Shown here one piece after another: positions 9,214-18,487 of a stretch of DNA of 20,000 nt. Both the position numbers and the translations under genes were made by a program. The notes under the pieces were generated by a model that was not told where the DNA came from, did no database searches, and saw nothing but the letters and a program-made list of their open reading frames with translations. The DNA lies in the NCBI GenBank assembly GCA_008369845.1, contig MRSU01001054.1:44775-64774 (forward strand), in the 5' to 3' direction. Positions within the stretch are counted from its first letter, which is position 1. Every line of letters starts with the position of its first letter. The stretch is from Trichomonas gallinae. Its lineage: Eukaryota.

Positions 9214-12201
9214 TTAATTATAATTCTTAAAAACGCAGAATTGAATGTTAAGTGAAGTATCATCCTTAATCTTATTCTTGACATCATCGAGAATGGCTCC
9301 TCTTGCTTCCCAAGTAGGATTATGTGGGACTGTTGCGAAGTAATAAACGAATGGAATCAACGCAATCATTGCTTGTAAATTTCTCTTTGAAACTAGTCTA
9401 GGAATTCTCTGAATGAAAGGCAAAACTATTCCACGTGGCTGTGCAAGAAGTATCACTGAGAACAAGCCATCCGTTGGTCCTCCATCTTCTACTATGCTTT
9501 TCACTGAGAAAATAAGAGAAGAAGGAATCTGGTCGACGAAAGATTTGTCCATTGGAGTGAATCCTGTTTCATTGAATGCCAAAACAATTGGGATCTTAGC
9601 TATAGACTCCTGATTGGGCTCCTCCATGCAGCAGAGTGCAATGTAAACAACTCTGACTGAGCAATAAGTGAAAACTCTTGCAAGAACATTGCCGCAATTT
9701 TCACTATGATAATATTGTTTTTCGCCCAAAGCATCAATGAATTTGATGAACTCTGATGTGCCGTTAACAGAGCCAACTCCTCCCATGTAGTCTTTAGTGT
9801 AGCACAATACAGCGATTTCTATCGTCTCAAATGGTGAAATATTGTCGTATTTCTTTATATAATCGTCAGCGAGATCATTAGGAATTGTTTTTGACAAACT
9901 GTCAGATGTTATCAATCCAAGGGATGTCAAACATGAATAAACACGCAAGTTGCTTTTAACTTTATCATCATATGCCTTAAATTGCATTGGAATGTTCACA
10001 GATGCAAGACTTGCGAATTTTGAACTGAGCTCTGGATCATTAAATGTTCCATCGACTGAAGAAGAAACTTCGAAGCCGACAGTTTGCGGTTTTGTGTCAA
10101 TTTCTGGTGCTTGCGGCGTGCTCCTATCTATTAAATTGTTGTCTGCAATTTCTACTGTAATAACTCCGTATTTGCTGCGAATTGTCGCCATAATATTTCC
10201 GAATTTAGGAGAATCAATGATTGTGAGGATAGAATAGTTCTCATACTGTTTGCTTGTGTCTATACTTGTCGACACTGATGAAACTTTCTTGTTTGCTTTC
10301 GTCCAAATTAAGAAATGACTCGAATTAGCGGAATTTTCTAAATATAAGTTTTTTGCTGTTTCAACATCCATATATTTTGCGTTTGGATGTCCACACATTT
10401 CCAGGAAGTTAACTAAGTCTGAATGATCTTTTGCTTTGAGATTTGCGTTGAATTCAACTTTTTCTGGAGAAAGAGGCTTAAATCTACTTCCTTCCAAATA
10501 TATTGCTTGCATACACATCGAAAAAGCATGAAAACTATTCGGATCTTTGATTATTGTATAAAGATTTTTCTTTCTCACGAATTCTAATTCAAATTCAACA
10601 CCTTTCTTTTCTATTCCATGTTTAAAGAATGTTGGCATCAAATATGGAACAAATGCAAAGAAAATGAAAAATTCTGCTGGTAAATCATTATTTTCATCGA
10701 GAAGACGAAGCACATATGTTGAAAACGCTTTGTAGCATCCAGATATCATTAAAATAAGCATCTGATTCTGCCAAATTCCTGAATCTTTGTTTTTCATATC
10801 AACTTTTTGATTATACATTCGTTTCTGAAGCTTTTTGATGTTGTTTATGGTACCTATTGCCATAGTATTCTGCAAATAAATCTCAGCAATGCTTAAAATT
10901 AAATTTTCAATTTTCGGATCTCGAATATTTATAGAATTATTCCTAGATTTCTCATCAACCTGTCTTAAAAGGCACTTTACAATGGGTGAAATTAATTCTC
11001 TTGTTAAATAAGGATGAGCAGCAATTAAAGATGGAAGTTTTGGAAGTAAAACAGGTGCCAGTGAAGATTCAGGGGATATAAGTTCTCTCTTAAAGTATGA
11101 TATTGTGTTTTGGAACCAATTTGTCTGTTGTTGAATTATTCCGTTTTCTAGAAGTGTCACAAAACTGCAAATTGAGTCTGTTCTTAGATCATTATTTAGC
11201 GGAGTGTTGCATGGGCCTTCAGCTAAAGGCCATTTCGAGAATATTTCAAATATTTCATCGATAAACCATTTTTTGCTGAATAAACCTATCAAATTTTCTT
11301 TGCTTCTATTTATGCAATCAATTATACATCCAAATCCATCGTGAACAATGTGAAAATTGCGAGATGTCGAAAGGATATTCGCAGATTCAATCAAACGGAT
11401 GAAGATATCTGTTGCATATTCCAATTTTATACCTATAGTTTCTGGTGCAGGTAGATTTGGAATGTCATAATCATACCAATAGTTTTTTGTTAGCATAATT
11501 AAACAAAATAAAAAATTTTGGGACCAGCGAGCGCGAAATATTGGATTTTCGGGCCATTTTAGTACAAAATCATTAAATATTTGCCAATTTTCTGGACAGC
11601 TCTGAGTTGTAAGATTTAAAATATGAAATAGAAACTGAATGAAAAGTTCATGTTCACCATCTGAAAATTTGTAGCTTTTTGGGTCCATTATCATAGAATC
11701 ACAGATTCCTAAGACGATTTTAAATATCGTAGATTTTATTTCTTTGTCAAAGGCATTTAATTCCTTAGAAATCATATCTTTGATAAGTTCTTCGAAATGT
11801 GATCGTGTAAATTGTGTTGAAGATGGTTCACAAACCATTGAAAGATACAATAAACTATCAATAATCATTTTCTGACTTTCTTCTTGTGATAAATTCGCTT
11901 CTGTATGATTTTTTGGATCTAGGCAGACTTTACAAAGCTTTTCAACGAATTTTTCGTAATTATATGTTTTTTCGAAATCTTTGTTAACGATTCCATATCG
12001 AATTACAAAAGACATAGCATTCATTGCCCATATTAATGATCTTCCTTTGAGTAAATCCAAATTTATGTTCGAAATCATATTATAAATTTTCGGAAAGCAC
12101 TGATCTGGAGGAAAAAGCGGTAATACGTAACTGTCTGTGTTATCCTGGAACAGCCCAGACTCAACGAGATGATAATGCATCAATGGTCTCATTTCCGCCA
12201 T
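9214..12201 (-). CDS. Large helical protein with a degenerate C-terminal Rap/Ran-GAP domain (RalGAP-beta/tuberin-like layout)
   Basis: The ATG is at 12201; 12204 is TTG. The C-terminal ~200 aa follow the Rap-GAP pattern: EIAVLCY, S.EF..F+..LG, RVVYI, IVLAFNE, LF.V.+, PF....LVS...L, final W..R...L. The N-terminus is helical, and a TIRSKYG motif precedes the domain. Confidence 0.72.
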   Translation of the reverse strand: MAEMRPLMHYHLVESGLFQDNTDSYVLPLFPPDQCFPKIYNMISNINLDLLKGRSLIWAMNAMSFVIRYGIVNKDFEKTYNYEKFVEKLCKVCLDPKNHTEANLSQEESQKMIIDSLLYLSMVCEPSSTQFTRSHFEELIKDMISKELNAFDKEIKSTIFKIVLGICDSMIMDPKSYKFSDGEHELFIQFLFHILNLTTQSCPENWQIFNDFVLKWPENPIFRARWSQNFLFCLIMLTKNYWYDYDIPNLPAPETIGIKLEYATDIFIRLIESANILSTSRNFHIVHDGFGCIIDCINRSKENLIGLFSKKWFIDEIFEIFSKWPLAEGPCNTPLNNDLRTDSICSFVTLLENGIIQQQTNWFQNTISYFKRELISPESSLAPVLLPKLPSLIAAHPYLTRELISPIVKCLLRQVDEKSRNNSINIRDPKIENLILSIAEIYLQNTMAIGTINNIKKLQKRMYNQKVDMKNKDSGIWQNQMLILMISGCYKAFSTYVLRLLDENNDLPAEFFIFFAFVPYLMPTFFKHGIEKKGVEFELEFVRKKNLYTIIKDPNSFHAFSMCMQAIYLEGSRFKPLSPEKVEFNANLKAKDHSDLVNFLEMCGHPNAKYMDVETAKNLYLENSANSSHFLIWTKANKKVSSVSTSIDTSKQYENYSILTIIDSPKFGNIMATIRSKYGVITVEIADNNLIDRSTPQAPEIDTKPQTVGFEVSSSVDGTFNDPELSSKFASLASVNIPMQFKAYDDKVKSNLRVYSCLTSLGLITSDSLSKTIPNDLADDYIKKYDNISPFETIEIAVLCYTKDYMGGVGSVNGTSEFIKFIDALGEKQYYHSENCGNVLARVFTYCSVRVVYIALCCMEEPNQESIAKIPIVLAFNETGFTPMDKSFVDQIPSSLIFSVKSIVEDGGPTDGLFSVILLAQPRGIVLPFIQRIPRLVSKRNLQAMIALIPFVYYFATVPHNPTWEARGAILDDVKNKIKDDTSLNIQFCVFKNYN

Positions 12202-12433
12202 CAATGCAGTACTTTTCTGACGTCAGATTTGACACATATCAATTTTTTTTGACACACATAACAATTACTCTTTGCTCGAAGCATCAAGATTCAATTCTCA
12301 AATACTTCTACATTGCAAGGATTGATGATTAAAAAACAAAACAAAAATGCTATATCAATTTGCAAATTATACATCATACGATTATTTTCAATTCAAATTT
12401 CAATGCAATTTAAAGTAATCATAGAACTCATAA

Positions 12434-12493
12434 ATATAGTTTTCGCACATTTTTAGGGCGCTTTCGCACCCGAAAAAATAGCGAAAACTATAT
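12434..12493. repeat. 60 bp palindromic (hairpin) element
   Basis: Perfect 13 bp arms, ATATAGTTTTCGC (12434-12446) and GCGAAAACTATAT (12481-12493), enclose an inner stem TTTTT-A-GGGCGC-TTTC-GCACCC-G-AAAAA. Confidence 0.85.
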
Positions 12494-12774
12494 AATTTGG
12501 ATTTCATTCGAGATGCAAATATTTACTTTACTGCTTGTGATTTCAAATTAGAAAAATTGCTAGGATAACTAGCTTATTAGGACATGTTGAGTATTTGTAG
12601 TCTAATATGAAGATGCTTTTACTAATAGTGTTGTTTGTTATCAAAAATAAGTAATTTTCATTTAGATAAAATAATGTTTTAATGACTCATATACATACAT
12701 TAACATTATAGGAACTGTCATGTTTGCAATGATATATTTAGAAAGATTATAAATAGAAAGAATATATAATAAAA

Positions 12775-13683
12775 TCAATGTTTAGGATTTTTAAGAAGAT
12801 TGAAGTTGGCAAGTGAACGAAATGTCACAAATGATGCCTCAATGAATTTTCGGTTGATTTCGTATGTTCTCTTTCGTTTTTTGACTCGTGGACGACATAA
12901 ATAGACTGTTTGATTAAACAAATTAGTGAACTTGTTGCTGATGTTTGACTCGAATATGACCGAAGATAATGTTGTTGTGTTTTTGTCGAAGTAGCAGTGT
13001 TTGACTGTGATTGTGCCACAAAGATTTGCACCGAAAGTGTACTCACATGCGTTATCGAAAATTGAGCAATTTTCAATAGTCATCTTTGAAAACCATGTAA
13101 AAATCAGGATACTAATTTTACCGTTGTTTTTAACGAAATTAGATGAAGTAATGAATGTTGCATCATCAGAATTCATTGATTGCATCCATGTAAAGCAATT
13201 GTTATCAGGAGAAATTTCTGTCAAATTGCAAAAATTTGAGTACTTTACAAAACTTTCTAAAAGAACATCAACAATACGATATCCTGATGTAAACTTAGCT
13301 TTGCTAAACGTGTTATTGATGTTTTCTATCTCAACTTTACCATTCAATAATTCCATCCCAACTTCTTTATCAATATCTCCGCAATCGAAAACGCTGCTGG
13401 ATTTGAAAAAGATTTTCCCATTTTGAATGGGTGTAACATATGAGTAGAATGTATGTGATCTTTGTAATGATTTAGAATTGTGATAACAGACTTGTTCTTG
13501 ATCAATTTGACCTTCATCTGAAAAATAAAGAGAACCTCCTTTGTTGGTGCTGCTGCAGTTATCAAATATTGTGATTTCGACAAGAAGGCGAGTAGAATCG
13601 TCGTTATTATCGAAATAAATAGCCCTGTCGGCTTTGTTAATGAAAGAACAACTGTTGACGTAGAAAGATGACTGGTTTGTCAA
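12775..13683 (-). pseudogene. Asn/Ser/Cys-rich beta-helix-like (Pmp-like GGxI/FxNC) family member with a disrupted 5' end
   Basis: Motifs FDNCSS..KGGSLYF, SNFCN, SNFVKN and CSIFDN run colinear with the 18453-19406 protein. The ORF begins at TTG with an in-frame TGA just upstream (13699-13701). The first in-frame ATG is internal (EVGMELL). Confidence 0.6.
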
Positions 13684-14449
13684 ATCAACAAAATTTTGTC
13701 ACTTTACAATGAAATTAATAATTGAATGTTGTGTAAATTGTGCTGCAAAAAATGGAATCGCACTTTTTTTATTTTTTGAGAGATCTCAATTGCAATTGAA
13801 AATTTAAATACAAATCATGCTGAATCAACCTATACAGATCAAATATGCATATCCGACTCAGAACAAATTACTTTCTATGGAATTCCAATTGAAATTCCGA
13901 CCGTTAAATCAATAATACGACTTGTAATACTGAATGTTGAACTGTTAATAGATTTAGAAACATACTACGGCTAATTGAGTCGATAACTCATATAGATTGC
14001 TGTTTATCGAGATCAAAATTTATGAAAAATGCCTTTTCATATAACTAATAATACAAATATTTACAAACAATGCTTAAGTAAATTGTTTTTCATTCAAATT
14101 TTTTTTTCGATTTTTTCGTTCGAATAATATTTGAATAATGTAAACAATGACATTATATTTTTACATTAATAAATCATGATTTTGAGATTTTTCAGTCAAT
14201 AGATGTTCATATATGAATCTTGTTTGGCGCACTTTTGTTTAAAAAAGCTTCTTAAAAAATCCACCGTTTTTCGTAAAGTGTCAAAATGTCAAAAATCTTC
14301 TGTAACATGTCAGGTGTAAAGTGTTAGATTTAATACTAATAAATACCTCCTTTTCTGTTTATAAATACCCCATTTTGTTCCTTTGGCAATAAGTAACTAA
14401 TCATTATAAAATATATTTTAAAAATTATTTAAATTCAAATAAAAAAAAG

Positions 14450-17101
14450 TTAAAAAGATAGATCAATTGAAGTATCTTGTTGCTGTTCCTTGATGACTTC
14501 TTTTGCGATTGCCTCCAGTCTCTTTGTCATTTGCTTTCTCGATTGTCCATCTTTTGTCGGTCCTTTTCCTGGCTGCACATCCTTAGTATTGTTTGTCGCC
14601 ATCAACTTCAATGCGGCACTCGCGTATTCGCTGACCGAGAAGTTTATCGATGACTTGAATGTTAGTTTAAGTCTTCTGATGTTTTCTTCGAACTGATTGT
14701 CGAGCCATGCCTTTTCTCTATTTCCTTCATTCTCCAGCTGCTTCAGCTCCTTCTGCTGCTTCTCTTCTAGCTTCTGCAGTCTCTCTTTGTGCTTCCTGTC
14801 GATTTCGAACAAAGCCTCGTTCATCAGCTTCTGCCTTAACTTCTCCATCTCGTTGACTTTAATTTGCGCCTGGTCGTAGTCTTTCTGCTGCGTCAGCCTT
14901 GCCGCCTGCTGCCTGATGTGCTCCACCTCAGGGAACTGCTTCCTCTTGACCATCTCCTTCTCTATGTAGTACTTCTTGTACAAGTTCGTCATCTCAGGAA
15001 TGTGCAAGTTCTTTTCTTTAAGCTGGAACTTTTCTTCTATCGCGTTTTCCTGCGCGATGTTCTCTCTGTTGTGCTCGTCAACGAACTCGCAGTGCTTGTG
15101 CATGAAGTTTGTCAGTATGTTCTCTATCACGTCCTTGAATGCCTGGTCGAAGCACTTCAAAATCTCCGCGCGCTGGTCGACGTCGTTTTGAACAATCATC
15201 TGGTCTATCTCTTTCACTCTCTCTATGTTCACTTCCAGCGCCGCCTTCTTGCGCATCTCTGACAGAATCTTGCCGTTCTGAGCGACAAGCGACGGGAGCT
15301 CCTTGGAGATCTCGATGGCCTCCTTCAAGTCGACTCTAACCGTTTCGATGATCTTTATTCGCAAAATTTCGATTAAGTCAGCTGTTGTGCCGACGATTGC
15401 CTCATCAAGGATGTTCTTGTAGCAGTCTTCTAACGACTTGCGGCCCTGCTCGGCTTGCCGCTGCGTCAGCCTGGATCTACGCGATAATCCTTCGTCTGTT
15501 TTTCCGTCGATTTCTGATCTCGATGATTTCGGAGACTTTCTCGTTGATTCTCTTTCTTCGTCGTTGTTGCATTTGGCGAGTTTGAGCTCTTTGAGGTGCT
15601 TGTGGAGTAATTCGTTGAGATAATCAATGAAATCTGAGAAATGATTTGGATGATCGTCTTCTTCTTCAGCAAACTTCTCTTCTTCCTCTTCCTCCTCTTC
15701 ATTGGAAGCATTTGGATGGTACTGAGTGAAGAAATCTTTAGAAGCCGTTGATAAAACTGGTAATAATTCTCTGATTTTATCAGAAATGAATTTTCTGAGT
15801 TCTGCGGCATCAGCTGATATTGGCTCGATATCGTCTTCACTTACTGGTGGTCTAATTGATCTTTCCTGCTGAAGTTTGTTGACTAAATCTTCGAAAGTCG
15901 CATCAAGTGATTCAAGAAGGTCCTGCTGTAATTGTATGGCTGTTTCTTGGTCATTGATCTTTAATGCTGTTGTATAGAAGTTAACATACTGCTGGTATGA
16001 TGGAATTTCGCTAATATTCATTCCTCTTAAGCTTGCGAAGAGATCCAATAAGTTTTGGCTTGTATTGCTGATATGCTCTGTTTCAGCGGCTCTGAATGTA
16101 AGTTTCATCAACTGAATAAGTTCTTCGTTAATAATATTAAAGAATGAGTCGATTGTTTTGATCTGGTATTCGAAAATTAGAGCAGATGCATTATAAGCAT
16201 CCTGTTCTTCGCCTTGTTCTTCTTCTTGTGGCTTAGAAGCGCGATCAATGATTTGGTTGATGAGTTCTATTTGAGATCTGATGATATCCATGACTGTTTC
16301 GAAGACATCATTACGTCTGTTATGGTATTTCTCGATTAATTGCTCGTTGTCTGTTGATTCTCCAGTGAAAATATGCTGAAGTGGATAATAAGAGACAGCA
16401 AGCTCATAAGATCTGTGGAAATGAGAAGTCTGTGTAAAGAAGTATTCGGCAAACCTCTCGAAAATCTCCGAAATTGTTTGTAATTCTTGTTGATCTAATT
16501 TTTGATTGTAAATATCAATGCAAAAGCCGTGAATATCGCGAAGAACCTTGATTGTTGCGGAATTTAACTCTATTGCGTAGTTGAATTTTGCATTTTTAAG
16601 CTCGCTAACAAAAGATTTCAGTTTGATTTTTTCAGCGCTTTGTACATATTTATCGATTAACTCAACATACGTCAAAGATAAATCTTGGCACATCAATAGG
16701 AGTTTTTCGACAGCATCTGACGTGATTTCGACATCAGATATCTTTGCGAGGCCTTTTTTGATGTATTTGAATACTAATCTTTGTATGCTGCATGTTGTTT
16801 TCTTCAGCGAATCGAGTCTTTCTGCCAGTTCCTTAGACTGTTCCTCGATTTCTTCGTGTCTGTTTTGTCTGGCTGCAGAACGTAAGAAATTCCAGTTCGA
16901 CTGCAACAGAGATATTGTACAATCCTTATATCCGGCGGCATATTGGACACAGCTGATGGATGATTCATCCGAATATCCGCCTTTCAAGGAATCGCTTATA
17001 TTTTGGATCATTTCATCAATAGCGGCAATTTGATCATCGATACTGACTCTAGGCTGATGCTCCTGAATTGACCTCCGCTTTCCAGATATAATCGATGACA
17101 T
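14450..17101 (-). CDS. Large coiled-coil / helical hypothetical protein
   Basis: 883 aa ATG-initiated ORF rich in E/K/Q, with a poly-Glu tract. It has UVR-like helical-hairpin motifs (AARLTQQKDYDQAQIKVNEMEKL; AALEVNIERVKEIDQMI) and a TCATT Inr-like motif at 17146-17150. Confidence 0.82.
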   Translation of the reverse strand: MSSIISGKRRSIQEHQPRVSIDDQIAAIDEMIQNISDSLKGGYSDESSISCVQYAAGYKDCTISLLQSNWNFLRSAARQNRHEEIEEQSKELAERLDSLKKTTCSIQRLVFKYIKKGLAKISDVEITSDAVEKLLLMCQDLSLTYVELIDKYVQSAEKIKLKSFVSELKNAKFNYAIELNSATIKVLRDIHGFCIDIYNQKLDQQELQTISEIFERFAEYFFTQTSHFHRSYELAVSYYPLQHIFTGESTDNEQLIEKYHNRRNDVFETVMDIIRSQIELINQIIDRASKPQEEEQGEEQDAYNASALIFEYQIKTIDSFFNIINEELIQLMKLTFRAAETEHISNTSQNLLDLFASLRGMNISEIPSYQQYVNFYTTALKINDQETAIQLQQDLLESLDATFEDLVNKLQQERSIRPPVSEDDIEPISADAAELRKFISDKIRELLPVLSTASKDFFTQYHPNASNEEEEEEEEKFAEEEDDHPNHFSDFIDYLNELLHKHLKELKLAKCNNDEERESTRKSPKSSRSEIDGKTDEGLSRRSRLTQRQAEQGRKSLEDCYKNILDEAIVGTTADLIEILRIKIIETVRVDLKEAIEISKELPSLVAQNGKILSEMRKKAALEVNIERVKEIDQMIVQNDVDQRAEILKCFDQAFKDVIENILTNFMHKHCEFVDEHNRENIAQENAIEEKFQLKEKNLHIPEMTNLYKKYYIEKEMVKRKQFPEVEHIRQQAARLTQQKDYDQAQIKVNEMEKLRQKLMNEALFEIDRKHKERLQKLEEKQQKELKQLENEGNREKAWLDNQFEENIRRLKLTFKSSINFSVSEYASAALKLMATNNTKDVQPGKGPTKDGQSRKQMTKRLEAIAKEVIKEQQQDTSIDLSF

Positions 17102-17171
17102 AATTTCTTAGTTGTTGTAAAAAAAAAAAAAAAACGCTATTTTGTAATGACTTCATTATTATATTTAACTA

Positions 17172-17368
17172 TTATATCATTACTAGTTTTTGTGTATATA
17201 TTTGTTTTTTTATATCAACAATTAATTCTGTTGTGATTTTTAATTTTGATCAAATTAATTTTTAAACGTAATGAATTTTAATTCTTATATCATTATTAGT
17301 TTAATTGTATATATTTGTTTTTTCATAACAATAGTCATTTCTGTTATGATATTGATTTCGATCAAATT
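17172..17368 (+). repeat. Imperfect direct duplication of ~85 bp (period 113 bp)
   Basis: 17172-17256 (TTATATCATTACTAGTTT..TGTATATATTTGTTTTT..TTCTGTTGTGAT..GATCAAATT) aligns with 17285-17368 (TTATATCATTATTAGTTT..TGTATATATTTGTTTTT..TTCTGTTATGAT..GATCAAATT). Confidence 0.85.
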
Positions 17369-17502
17369 TTTGAGGATTCATATCTTTTATGATATAAATA
17401 TATTATCAATATATTGTTTTTAAAAATCACATCGTATTTATCACGTAAACTTAATCAGAATTATCTGAGAGTTGTTGTGTCCGAAAAAAAAAAAAAAAAA
17501 AA

Positions 17503-17759
17503 GCAGTGAGTGTCGGACAACTCTCAAATTTGTCATTTAATTTATTTTTATCAAATTTCCTTTTTCGTAGGCTCCGCAACCGATGGCGATCAAAATGCTG
17601 TACTACGCTTCGCTGCGCTTGCATTTTGATCGCTTTAAAATCAAAAATTCGCCTTTTTCAAGCTAATTTTTGCGGCGCAATCCCATCACTATTGTTTTAT
17701 CCCATCACGTAAGCGTATTGCTCGGCGCTCTATCGAGCGCCTCGGACTTACGCTCGTCC
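17503..17759. mobile_element. Putative non-autonomous interspersed element with multiple hairpins
   Basis: GC-rich segment between A19 (17484-17502) and A9 (17760-17768). It has a perfect 13 bp inverted repeat (17586-17598 / 17621-17633), a 10 bp direct repeat ATCCCATCAC (17680, 17699) and a nested terminal hairpin (17708-17752). No transposase is present, so mobility is inferred. Confidence 0.5.
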
Positions 17760-17864
17760 AAAAAAAAATGTAAATTTTTGCAAACACAGATATTCAAAAT
17801 TCACTTTTGCTTTTATGATATAAAATAAAAGATGTATTTTGAAGAACAGTGTTTGCTAGAATCA

Positions 17865-17933
17865 CGAATTCAGTCTCACAATTTTCACAATTTTGAACTT
17901 TGTTCAAAAAATGAAAGAGTGAGACTGAAATCG
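17865..17933. repeat. 69 bp palindromic element
   Basis: Arms CGAATTCAGTCTCAC (17865-17879) and GTGAGACTGAAATCG (17919-17933) are 14/15 complementary. Inner stems are TTTCA/TGAAA and TTTTGAAC-TTT-GTTCAAAA. Confidence 0.85.
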
Positions 17934-18023
17934 CAAAAATGTCCTAGTCTCAAAAGCTAATTTGAGTTTTATATTAACTTAATATTTGAATGATATTGAA
18001 ATTTTACATCTTTTGACAATCAA

Positions 18024-18487
18024 ATGCTTGTGATGTTATTTCTTTACATTTTCTTGGGATATAATCACCAGAAGAGTATTAACATTCTCAGTAGTAGTGC
18101 ATTTATGAGCAGAGATGCTCATCTTTCATCAAAAAATCACATCAGTAACACACGTACCGAAACATCAGAGGAAATTTATTTTATAGAAAGGTCTATTGCA
18201 ACTTGCACAGGATTAAATTGTACAAAGAATCAATTGATTCCAAAAATATATTGCATGGAAAAATATCTTCATCTTGAAAAAAAATCATATCTATGCTTTA
18301 TAGAAGCGCTATCAATCAAAGTTCTATGGATTATGGTTCTAATGATAACACTATTAATAACGCTAACCATCGAAAGAAATTGAGTCTTCTTGATTTAAAT
18401 TTCCAATGTTTCTCAAATTCTTATCCATCTTTGTTTCTTTCTCTTCACACTGATGAAAATGTTTGGAAAAAGATTTGTGGGCGATAA
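18024..18487 (+). pseudogene. Possible frameshifted 5' part of the downstream beta-helix-like gene
   Basis: The 18024 ORF begins with a hydrophobic leader (MLVMLFLYIFLG) and is in the same frame as 18453-19406. A second frame, open from 18278 to 18487, bridges the stops between them. Confidence 0.4.

Noticed and set aside
3414..12201. Reading the neighbouring genes as an operon-like or defence system
   Set aside because: The genes have mixed orientations and unrelated functions in a monocistronic eukaryotic layout. Nothing in the sequence links them functionally.
12202..12340. Possible intron or upstream exon extending the Rap-GAP-like gene
   Set aside because: No trichomonad ACTAAC..CAG branch/acceptor motif is present on the minus strand, and the ATG at 12201 is sufficient.
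13776..13980. 14 bp palindrome TCAATTGCAATTGA (13786-13799) and a ~55-codon open stretch on the plus strand
   Set aside because: Short AT-rich palindromes are expected by chance, and the peptide has no start codon or recognisable family.
15657..15700. TCT/TCC trinucleotide-like run
   Set aside because: It simply encodes the poly-Glu tract of the coiled-coil protein.
14490..17033. Many 60-150 aa alternative-frame and antisense ORFs over the coiled-coil gene, and similar ones inside the other large genes
   Set aside because: They are shadow ORFs fully overlapping longer, better-supported CDSs, favoured by locally higher GC and biased codons. None has recognisable motifs, and many start at TTG or GTG.
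17506..17712. 68 aa ORF within the structured element
   Set aside because: It starts at GTG, has no protein motif and runs through the palindromes. It is better explained as non-coding.
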